Assembly (NCBI GenBank): GCA_040143965.1
Contig: JASJQH010006907.1
Coordinates: 1 to 43,582 of the forward strand
Source of the DNA: Basidiobolus ranarum
Taxonomy: Eukaryota
Length of the DNA stretch: 43,582 nt
Reading direction: 5' to 3'
The notes under the pieces are model-generated. The model made no database searches and was not told the origin of the DNA. It saw only the letters and a list, made by a program, of their open reading frames with translations. Shown piece by piece: positions 1-10,988 of this stretch; position 1 is the first letter of the stretch, and each line of letters begins with the position of its first letter. A program made the position numbers and the translations under genes.

Positions 1-31
1 TGTCCACGACAATAAAAATATGTAAAATATT

Positions 32-103
32 GGGCTCAACCGGGAATTGAACCCGGGACCTCCACGACCCGAACGAGGAATCATACGACTAGACCATTGA
101 GCC
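32..103 (-). tRNA. tRNA-Pro, anticodon CGG (variant: C18 and a U-U pair in the anticodon stem)
   Basis: Reverse complement reads GGCTCAA TG GTCT AGTCGTA TGAT T CCTCG TTCGGGT CGTGG AGGTC CCGGG TTCAATT CCCGG TTGAGCC C. It has a 7-bp acceptor stem, GGTTCAATTCC B-box, anticodon CGG at 71-69 and a downstream TTTT Pol III terminator (24-27). Closely resembles eukaryotic tRNA-Pro. Confidence 0.92.
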
Positions 104-2158
104 CTAGTTGTCAATGTTACGAAATTGGATTATCAGACAAAAGCGATGGCAATTTTGTAGACAACATAATGTCTCAATCAACTCAATATTTTGTACGCAT
201 ATAATGCATAAGCAAACCTTGACCTTCACCCAGTTTCATATCTACACCTTTCCCACATGTCTTGCAATCACCAAAACAAGAAAAGAAATGCATATATCTC
301 CTACTGGTGAACGAATCATTACTAAACATTAGGGAGAAAATTCCCTATTATTTTTCTACTATAGGTATAAATTCTAAAACGAACCGACAGCAGAGACGAA
401 AGTTACAAGACATCGGAAACGGGCCGTCAGTGTTATATACATGTTTCGAAATTAGTACACTCCCAAATCCGGCAGGAATGCCACTCGATTTTTCCCCTGA
501 TCAACCCCATAAAAATAGCGCAATCGAAATAAAATCAATCAGTCAATTTATCAGTGAATCAAGTCCCGAAATTGCACTCACCTCAGGAACCAGCCCCAAT
601 ATCAAATTATGACCAGAAATAACACTTAGTATAATCAGTAAACAAACCGACTGCAAATGTTACTTCACTTTTGTTTAATCATGCCCTCTAGGTGAATATG
701 TTTGTTTGTGAGTGCTCATGCGTTAATAATAAGAAATGTATTTAATAATAAGCCTGTATTTATATATAGTTATCTCTCATTAGCTACTGCATACAGAACT
801 GCCTTAAGTCAACTATTATTCAGGCTTAGGCAATGCTTGGATAAATGTTCTTGAAGTATCAAATACAGCGAACACTTCGTAGCCTGCCCAATAGCCGAAA
901 GTGCGACAAATACAACACAATCATCTTTTATGATATCAATCACGAATACATAGCCAATCTTTTGAATTCAATGAAATTTCATGCATCATTTAATGTGAGT
1001 AAAAAGTCAAGTATCTAAAGCACAATATTGGGACCAATCTGGGGAGTTTTTTCTTCTAAATCAGCGGAGGAGACTACAATAGATAAATTCATGCTGTCAA
1101 CTAATTGCATTTGTGAAGGCGGTGCTCACAAGTTCCAAAACAGAGTAAATAGTTGGAATGCATTTGATGAAATCATTGTACTTACTAGAACTTGTAAGTG
1201 AAGACATCAATCTAATAAAAAAAACCAATATATATTTGGGTATTGCCAATTTATATATAGCATGGAATGAAGACAGTGGATGAATTTGAAATACTCATAC
1301 AAGAGAATATAGTCGAATAAGATGTGCCCTCTACTGAAAGCATTTAGTAGAAATGTAGTTTATAAGCGACTAGAAGCAACAGATGGTAGTTATTAATGAT
1401 AAGGATTGTAATGAGCATTTACATCTGTTTATCATCCATTTCTTTCATTTACAACGTATATAGAATCTATGTATGTTTAGTAGCTCTAGTGTATTATTTC
1501 AATAGATTTTACTTTGTCAACAACAATTTTCAGCTTACAGACTCTGAAGTGATACTAAAAATACCTAGATATTTTAGTTAAAAGTGAATGCAATAAGAAA
1601 CTAGTAAGAATATTAAAGTAGTAATGTTTGCAGTTTGACAGTAACATTTTACAAGTCTATTCACACTGCTTGAATAATCAAATAATGATGGTGTGGTGAT
1701 CATGAGTAGTAATAATACAGCCATGCCTTCCAAGCAAGGGTTAGTAAGAGTTGTACTAGAATAGCATCAATGTGTATACAGCAACAGATGTAAATGCCGG
1801 TCGCTTACTAAATTAATATAGTAACAACTTATATATAGATATTTCACATGCTAAAGTTATAAGAGAACCTAAAGATATTCCAATTTCTTAGTGTAAAAAG
1901 CCAATCTCCTCAACTAGCTATCACCACAATACGCTATCGATACACCGTCACTGCAGCAATATTACAATAAATCTCTTTGTTACCATATCAATGGTAAGTG
2001 TACCTAGTGAGAGTACACCAAATAAGTAAATACAACACGGTTAGTACAACACTGTTGAGATTTAGAAGACCAATTTGGTGAAGCGATTATTAATCTTTTT
2101 AGTTTGATTAAGATTGGACTACTCATGCTCGCCAGATAATAAGCAATATATATATGCT

Positions 2159-2332
2159 GATTTTAGACCCGAAAACTACCCGAATACCATACTATTAATT
2201 CAAAAGATGATAGAATATCTACGAGATCGAAATTGGCGACTAGTCAATTTAGCAACATGTCTTGGCAGTAAAGCATTTTATCGAGAGCCCGCACCATCAG
2301 ATAGAATTTGTGGAGTTGGAGAATGTCCTTAA
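2159..2332 (+). pseudogene. C-terminal fragment of a NodB/CE4 polysaccharide (chitin) deacetylase paralog
   Basis: DFRPENYPNTILLIQKMIEYLRDRNWRLVNLATCLGSKAFYREPAPSDRICGVGECP* aligns residue for residue with the C-terminus of the minus-strand pseudogene at 2401-2575. Only faint upstream traces remain (e.g. NLVKR near 2071). Confidence 0.75.
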
Positions 2333-2400
2333 TAGAAGAGAAATTTCAAAGAAATCTTTTTAAATTATTATATTAAATAAGCAACATTGAATTAAATAAT

Positions 2401-2966
2401 CTAAATGCAATCTTCCACACCACAACTATTATCATTAGGATTAGGGTCACAATAGAATGGTGCGCTACCCAAACATTCTGGCAAATTCACCAAATTCCAA
2501 CCACGACCTTAAAGATATTCAATAGCACGTTGAGCAAGAGGAATGGTTTTGGGTTAACTTTCTAGCCTGAAATCGGTGGTGGTATTCCAAACATCATGAT
2601 TTAAGGAGATAAATTTACCTACTTTAGGATCAGTAGGTCCGGTTTACTCCACGTGTTCCTTGTACATCTCATCAATTGTATTGACTGGATCCCAATCCAC
2701 AGGATCTATATTCCAATTTTCGATGGTTTAACCCATACGTTTGAGAATCTTCAGAGCGGAAGCATCGGTAGCACCATAAGGTGGTCTCATGCAGGTAGGC
2801 ACCTTGCCGACAATTTTAACGAGAGCATGATTTAATCCGGTCATTTGATAGACCAGCACTATAAGCACGTTTCACCACATCTGAAAGTTGATAAATACTC
2901 AAGGTTGGATTTAGAGTATCAGCATTTTTTTCATTAAATTCATTCACGAAAAAGGGTGGATTTCAC
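2401..2966 (-). pseudogene. NodB/CE4 polysaccharide (chitin) deacetylase pseudogene
   Basis: Hand translation: VKSTFFVN (with +1 frameshift)...SIYQLSDVVKRAYSAG [gap] YQMTGLNHALVKIVGKVPTCMRPPYGATD...MG*TIENWNIDPVDW...FISLNHD...CGVEDCI*. CE4 motifs RPPYG, WxxDxxDW and LxHD are present. There are four in-frame TAA stops and the HxxxH metal motif is deleted. Confidence 0.88.
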
Positions 2967-5498
2967 TATGTTATTTGAGCAGCAATTACATAGGCCATGC
3001 ACGTTTTAATGTTGGTGCACAACAAGCAATATTGGCAAAGTATATATAAAGGATACTAATTTTGAGAGTACCTTTCATAAATCTAGGAGCAAGAATTAGC
3101 TCCAAAATGCTGCTCAAGCCTTTGTTGTGACTACCCAACAGCAGTAATTGTAAAGTTCCAAATTTATACCTTCCTGCTTATTGTTAAAGTATCTTGGGAG
3201 CCCGTTGGGAGTGGTTTGGAGAATTAGCGAAATTGGTGGTTTTCACTTATTGAGTTGACATTTATAGTTTTGTCAAGATGTAAAGAAACTAACGTAGAAT
3301 GTGTTAAGGAAGGTCCTAGGAACATGTGTGCAAAGCTTGGGCCTTCTAGCACAAGTTTGAAAAAATCTATATATCTGAGAACTTCTAAGTAAATTCCTCT
3401 TGAGAATAATTCGTGATATCTTAGTTCAATATAAGATAACTAGATACTAAGCTATATATATGACTATATAGGTGTTTAGACAATGCTAATTTCAACACTT
3501 GTTACCCATGATTCAATAGTTTGGCGAATTTCATTAGCTTGAAAATGAGAGTAAGATAGAAATCATTTTTGGCAGGTAGTAAGTAGTGAGATGTTAGAGG
3601 ATTGCTAGGTGTTGTTACTGATGGAATCCATAATATTGCATAAGTGACTATATAAAAAAGTATTGTAAAATAGTAAGCAAACTGATTGGTGAAGTAGTGG
3701 TTTACCATTAGTATGTATGTTAAAAGTAAATATGGAGGTTGTAGAGGAGAGTAAATTTTCCATCTCAGGATTATATTAAAGATGATAGCATGAGGGGATT
3801 GCTTCACCTAAGCTCCCTGCTCTTATCCTATCTTACTTTTTCACTATAAGATTTATAACTGCCACATTGTTTCTCCCACTCTTCACACCTCAGCTTCTCA
3901 ACAAAACTTACACCTTTACCATCATATAAATACAAAAACACAATCTCGGGTTATGTTGGAATAAGAATATATAAATCAAAATAAACAAGCAGAAAAGTAT
4001 AATCAAAATTATACAAATGTCTTCTCAACGAGCCAAATATAGAAGTTCCTACTTGAGGACTTGTGTTCGAATAAGTTCAAGTGTAGAAGTTTAAGTTGGT
4101 GCCACATTAAAAGTATGTCACTGCATCGAATTGACATGAAGCGCAACTGCAGAACATGACGAACCTTTGGTAGATTGTAACTAATGGTGCATGTTCGTAT
4201 AGATGCATCCCTTCAGACGTGCCCGTAATATACGAGTAAGGTTGGTGATTTATCATCAGTTTTGAGTTATTTCGGGGTGTAATCTGTGAGGTGTTTGCAG
4301 CGCTATTTAGGAGTGCAATCTACGGGGTACTGGTAAACAAATTAGGAGCTTTATATGAATATTCTCATCTACTTAGTTGATTGATGTACACAGTTATGTA
4401 CTCCGCGTAACATGCGAATTCCTATCGAATGCCAAGTACCATCCCTTTACTAAATGAGTGGCCTACTAACTCTGATCGAAATCTCGATATTTCAATTTAT
4501 CACCAAAAGTGATACAGGCAATATTGAAAGCAATACATGTTGCACTAAAAGCATTGGCGCATGAATAAAAACAAGACGAAAGAGACAGACGAGGCACAGT
4601 AGAGTTGCCAAGTATAACACAAGAAGCGGCTTGGTAAAATTGTATAACATGCTCAACACTGTGCTAAACAGTATTGACTGAGACGAAGCATATAGTTGTA
4701 TTTGAGTACTTCAATGGAACGCACCCATCATACTATCCTATTTCACAAAGCTTAATCATCCAAATTCACTTCTTTACCATCCTTTGCACATTTTTCTTGG
4801 TACAAGTGAGCGACAGTAAGTAAAGCCGTGTTTGAAATACTCGCTAACATGAAAGGATAGAATAAATAACTAACAACAAGTTCAATAGTGAGGGAACCCA
4901 GTCGAAGAGCACCACAAGACCTATGGTAACAGAAACTTTTAGCACTTTTCAAGGAAATACAATCAACCAACGCGATAAGTTGAATTCGGAACATTTATAC
5001 GAGTCAATGGGCTACTCTAGAGTTAATGTAGATAACCTTGAAGCTATTCGCAAGACATTTGGAATACATAGTAAACATATATTCCAAGCTCGAACCTTTC
5101 GACTAAACAAATAGTCGTATTTTTTATGTTGATGCGTCATATCATGGGTTTCAAACCTGGAGCGACTCAAATTATATCCAGCATCGACTTCACACATATT
5201 TCCTTGATTCCATCCATCTATCGTAAATAGTCCTACAGTTGATCAAGGCTGGCAAAGAACATCAGCAGTTATATTTCTAGCTCATATCTTACATAGCAGC
5301 TGTTTTCCGTACCCATACACAACTCTTCCAAGATAGAAATTGTGTTGAAGTCTCCAGAAAAACAGCAGCCACTGGAATGTGCACAATAATTGTTTGGTTT
5401 ATTTTAATTCCGTGGATATACATTCTCTGGTGGCTTTAGCCCCAAGTTCTGGTCATTAACTACAGTGGATATTGTTGATTGGATTTGGGACTATCATT

Positions 5499-7064
5499 TT
5501 AGGTATGTGCGTGCAATGGCAGCTCTAAAGTGGCATCATAGGCGGCGTCGTTGACTTCCAGTAGCTGAAAGAGTGATATGAAAGTTAGGTTAGACATGGA
5601 ATGGGGTCAGTATTTTGATATGAGCTTTACATCGATTTCCTCTTCCAGCATTGTGATCATGAGATCTGTGGAGAGCATAGATGACAGCCTGCGGACTTGT
5701 TGCTCTAAATGGCCCCTATGTTGCACTGATGATTAATATCCATTTTGCACACATCTCGACATACAACATACCTCAGATCAGCTTCGAATTTATTTCTCTT
5801 GTGGCTTGCAAGTTTTAAGTCGCGATGGCTGGATTCTAGGTTGTTGTATCTTGTATCCCAACTGTGTATTTCATGGCCTTGGTGCACAATTATTGAAATG
5901 AACGCAGTTAGAAAGGAGGGAAGCTATTAGACCAGTGTGATGTGGACAATAAATATGCGATTCTCGTAAACTTACGAAGCTCCAATATAGTGCAATTTTT
6001 CCTCTGTATAGCCTCCTCATATCGTCGACGTTTAACTCTCTCCACAAGTAAGTTTCTTTCGCACGTTTCACGTTGAGCCTTTTCTGTCAGATTTATTAGA
6101 TGCTTTCTTGCTATCAATGTATACGTACTAAACGCTAGTTACCATTTTCTATGGCTCTCTGCAAAGCATTACTGTTTTTCTGGAGTATCTTTGTGGCCCA
6201 TATTAGTTACGGTCTTTGCACAATGTCTGATTAATGATAAATACTCACTTCTATAACGCTCAAAGCCTCCTTTAATTCTTCACTATGAGACTCATATACT
6301 AAAGCTAAGGTAAACGCAATACTCTCAGTTTCATATGCATTTCTTATAGAGTGTGCTGATCCTTTCTTACCTGGATTCCCTTCGGCTTTACGCTTTGACA
6401 TATTGCTAACATATCTGAAAAATCAGCAAGGATGATGGTGTAATGGTGTAAATATACATATAAAATACTTTACTTTGAATCCAGAAGAGAAATTCTCTGG
6501 TGATCAACGTAATCTCCCGACGATAAGGATTCTAAATCCATTTCTGGAGATGAATTCCTGGTGGATTTATCGCTTGAGTTAGAACCTCTGGACCTGGTTC
6601 TCATGGTAATTACAATGTCCTCTTTTTTTGTTCTTGAACTGCATCTGGATTAGCTTCTACACCTCAATTCAATAGATCCCCATCAGAAATCACTTACTAT
6701 TTATCTGCATCACAAGGCTTGGTAACAAAGTCGTCATCCCATTTAGGTCGTGGCTTTGGGGACGGGCTGGGAGTTAGTAAGGAAAGTCTGCAAGAATTCG
6801 CCGTTGGCAAGTGGGGATTTCTGCATAGGAGCTTTTGTCTACGCTCCAGTTTGATGGGGGAGATTTTGCCTCCTAAGGGAGCTAGCAAAAGACATATTAG
6901 CATGAGGAGTGATATGTATTAAAAGGAGAACGGATAATACCTGGACTGGCTGGAGGAGTATACAAACTGGTTACACGGCTCAAAGATTCCGATGGATTTG
7001 CGGCATCCTTTAGAGGTGCTGTAGCATCATTGAGCAAGGAAGTGATTGGAATGCAGACAGGCAT
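5499..7064 (-). CDS. Hypothetical ~327-aa protein (Ser/Pro-rich N-terminus, coiled-coil C-terminus), 10 exons
   Basis: Exons 7064-6941, 6881-6698, 6638-6474, 6414-6371, 6304-6249, 6188-6143, 6083-5976, 5877-5772, 5715-5631 and 5564-5499 join through GT-AG introns (most with CTRAY-like branch sites) into a stop-free 984-nt frame, MPVCIPITSLLND...ELPLHAHT*. Confidence 0.8.
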
Positions 7065-8170
7065 AATGAACTGTAAGCTGGGTATATATGTTGTATTTAT
7101 GAATATGTCGGGTCTATGAGCAAGTGAGAGGTTCCCAATGACATAAAAATTCTATGTGCATGAATTGTAGGCCATTCGATGATCTCCTACGACTAGACAT
7201 TCGCTGAATTTATATCTAATTCATCAGATAGATATGTTTGTTTATTATTTGAACCGTGCATGATTAGAGAGGTTTCGCGCTTGCACTAACACATAACACT
7301 ATTGTTGCCACTTTGACCATAGCCATTCGATGTAACCGCTCAATGCAGTAAACCACAGGTCAACAAGACTACTATCATATTGCAGGTCTTAAACTACTAC
7401 AAAGCTACAGCTCAACATTGTCATCTTAGAAATGGGGCAGAGTGTTTTGGATCAATAACAAGAGCAAAGTATTATGGATCGGCAGATCAACGGTAAATTC
7501 ATGAATAGCCGAAAATAGCGTATTGTATTAATAGAGCAACCCCGCATTCCTTTTTAAGAAGAGGTCTTGGGATCTAATCTAAAATACGAGTCTAACCCTA
7601 AACTCAAAAGAAATTATTCTCGATCAGTCTCAAGAAACCATTTAGTTACTTTTAATCTAACTATGGGTTTGGCAAGAATTTCGTGAACCCATCTTTCTGA
7701 TATCTGTTTACCTGAATTTCTTTCTTATCCCCCAGTTTCATCTCCATAACTAACCCTGAATACGTGTTTTCTCTTTTCAACTTGGCTCAAAATATACCTT
7801 CCAATATTAAGCCAAATAGTCATATACCGATATAGCTACTGGAACTTTGCGGAGAGACTATCTTACGCTTTTTCCTTGGATTTTTTATCGTTACTTGGAA
7901 GGAATTCTTTCATGCTACAAACGTTCCTCTCTATTTTAGACTCTTCTTTGTTAGAAGCCATCATTTAAACTTTTTTTTCTGAATTTACCTCAAGGGTATT
8001 GATTGCCCATTTGTTTCGTTCAGTATTGCTAACATCATAGAACTACTGTTAGATTTCATTCTTATATTCATATATTCTAATTCTCTCCACTATCAAGCCA
8101 ATAGTGTACAGAATTGCTGACCTTCTACTTGAAACAAAGTACGTTCCCTATATTTGTCGAGAAAGCTACC

Positions 8171-10073
8171 ATGGGCGCCATTTGTTGTAAGGAAGAAGAG
8201 ATTGATTTTACTGATGAAGGTGTTTCCCCTTTCTATTCACCTTTTTTCCATGACCTTAGACTAACCATCCTTACAACTGAATGCTTTTATCTCAGTGGAA
8301 CTATATCACTTCAATTTACTACGTTCCGTTGGAAGAGGGGCTTTTGGCAAGGTAATTCGAAGAGACGAACAACCTAGCATCTCCTTTTCATTGGCTAAAG
8401 TGTCTTCTATTTGACCTTAGGTTCGAATTGTTCAGCATAGACGCACCAAGAAATTATACGCCCTGAAGTATATCAACAAGCATCGTTGTATCCGTATGCG
8501 AGGGGTTGAAAATATTCTTCAAGAGCGGCGCCTACTGGAAGAAATTAACTCTTCACTGATATGCAACCTTCGATATGCATTCCAAGATGACGAAAACATG
8601 TTTATGGTGTTAGATCTAATGCTTGGTGGAGACCTTAGATTCCACTTGGATCGTCAAGGTCCTATGAGGGAGGAGGTGGTTCGTTTTTATGTCGCTGAAA
8701 TCGCCCTAGGCTTGCGTTATCTTCATTCCAAACATATTGTGCATAGGTATGGTAGAATAAAACGACGGTTTGTTCTGAAATCTAGATTTCAATCTCACAT
8801 TTTACTCTAGGGATCTGAAGCCCGATAACATTCTATTGGATGAAAAAGGTACGTTCAACCCAGTTACTTATTCCCGCAGTGTAATTAACTAATCGCTCCA
8901 CCATCAAAGGACATGCCCATCTGACAGACTTCAACATCGCTGTTCAATACAAAGACAAACCCCTTAAATCGGTAGCTGGCTCTTTGGCATATATGGGTAT
9001 GTACATATATGCATAACGTTTGAACTAAAACACTAATCCAATTCTTTCAACCATAGCTCCAGAAGTATTGAGTAAAAAGGGATATTTTGGAACCGTGGAC
9101 TGGTGGAGTCTAGGGGTAGTTGCTTACGAGCTGCTTTTTGCCCAGGTACTGTAAGATGTATCAATTCGTTGCTGTGACCCATTGACTCATTTGTTATTAT
9201 AAGCGTCCATTTCGTGCCAAGACTAACGATGCTTTGACTGCGGCCATCATGAACGAAGATCTAGTTTTCCCCACCCATGCGGAAAGTACTGTCACTGAAG
9301 AAGCTATAGACGCTATTCGTGGAGTAAGTAACTTTTACTCTGGTGAATGGACATGCTATATTTTAGTGTATTAACTTGACTGATAATCATATAGCTATGC
9401 GAGCGAGACATTCGAAAACGCTTAGGCTGTGGTGATGATGGGTTTGCGCGACTGAAAGCCCACCCATGGTTCAAGGATATGGACTGGGAGAAACTCCTAA
9501 CTAAAGAAGCTCAACCACCATTTGAACCAGATGTATGTATCCATGAACGTTTCATGTTTAATAGTCCATCGAATCGAATACTCATTCTTTCCAAAGTCCA
9601 AGCATGCTAATTTCGACGCTACCCATGAGCTAGAAGAGTTACTTCTGGAAGACAATCCCCTGAAAGCGCGTAAACGCAAGGATCCTTCCAAACGCACCAA
9701 ACCACTTACCAGAGAAATGCAAGCTATGGAAGAGCGCTTCCTAATGTACGACTATACGTATCCGAAAGTACAACAACGTGTGCTGAATCACGAGCGTAGT
9801 TACATGGATTTGGCAGCACCGGACAAAACTGCTCTGGACGCTTTGAAAACAGTAGATACCGGTACCTTTGGAACTCTTTCCCAAATTAGTGAATACACTT
9901 TATCCACAGAGTTCAGTAATATCCCAATACCAGTAGCCGGGGCTAATCACAACCTACCTGCGAACAGCGCTTGCAATACCAAGGCTTACCATGATGAGAT
10001 GCAACTTCTGTTCATTCCTTCCAGCAATCAAGCCTCTATGCCACCGAGTACCACAAGTAATACCCCAGCATGA
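8171..10073 (+). CDS. AGC-group YANK/STK32-like Ser/Thr protein kinase, 9 exons
   Basis: Spliced product has MGAICC (myristoyl/palmitoyl-type N-terminus), [25 protein letters not shown] (DFN is typical of YANK), YMAPE, DWWSLG and the tail [18 protein letters not shown]. Confidence 0.92.
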
Positions 10074-10988
10074 CTCCCATAAGACATTTTCTGATCCATC
10101 CACTACGTGAATTTTATATTTTTAGCTATTCAAAAGATTCATCCATTTATATCCCAGGTTTATTAATTTATGTATGTCTTTTATCATTTTCCTCTGCGTT
10201 CGCTCTCCCTTCTCTCGTCATTAATATTAGAAGTGATGTCCCCACAGGTATATATATAACCTGATATTCAATTTATTTTCCAAGGAGTATGAATCCACGG
10301 TCACTTATTTTTATCCAATCAATTTCGTTTCGTTTCATTTCATTTCATTTGGTTATCCTTTGTATCCTTCATTGATTATGGTTCGAGTCCTACTTTTAGT
10401 TCTTGACAGTGTCACCATTCTATTTTAGACCCTACATATCACCTCACCCCCTCCCACTAGCTCACATCCACTCTCACCCTCTTTTCCCTTATCCACTGAA
10501 TAGGGGGGGGGCACTTCATTAAAACTTCACTCTACAAACACTCGTACGAAAAAGAAAACGGGGATAGATGATATCGTCCAATAAGTGCTAAAAAGCCGAA
10601 AGAGAGACGAGTGGTAGAGTAGAGTAGGGTATGGTAAGGAACAAAGAAGGGCCAAGGAAAAGAGTCTTACTGCTTAATCAAGAAATTCAATCCACCTTCG
10701 ACTTGATATAAAATCACTTTCAGTGGGAAAATGGGTGGTGATCGTCAATTTAAACCTATTTATTAGGTCAAGAAGGAAGAGTTTACAAAGGGGAATCAAA
10801 ATAGATATCAATGTGTATAAAAAGGTACGGGAATAGTTCAACAGAAATGCTTCATATTAATCTATATGCAAGATGCGTTTAGAAAAAAGGACCCAAATAA
10901 ATCAGATAAAGCTACTCTTTCAAAAGACATATCCATCACCCATTACCTAGCATTCAAGGAGGCTCGATACATGACGCTAGAGGTGATT

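Noticed and set aside
108-640. ORFs 108-332 and 262-612, and a possible solo LTR (TGTTATA at 431) upstream of the tRNA
   Set aside because: No domain motifs, and no matching terminal CA/inverted repeat, target-site duplication or second copy is visible.
2401-2850. All four internal stops in the deacetylase relic are TAA, suggesting stop-codon reassignment
   Set aside because: RPT2, RPL38, glutaredoxin and the PWWP gene terminate at TAA. The relic also has a frameshift and an active-site deletion, so it is simply a pseudogene.
8920-8935. Kinase DFG replaced by DFN, suggesting a pseudokinase
   Set aside because: DFN is the normal motif in YANK/STK32 kinases, and the catalytic Lys, HRD and APE are intact.
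10320-10511. TTTCR microsatellite-like run and G9 tract between the convergent kinase and ADP1 genes
   Set aside because: Ordinary low-complexity 3'-UTR sequence; the purine/pyrimidine switch reflects the two opposing UTRs.
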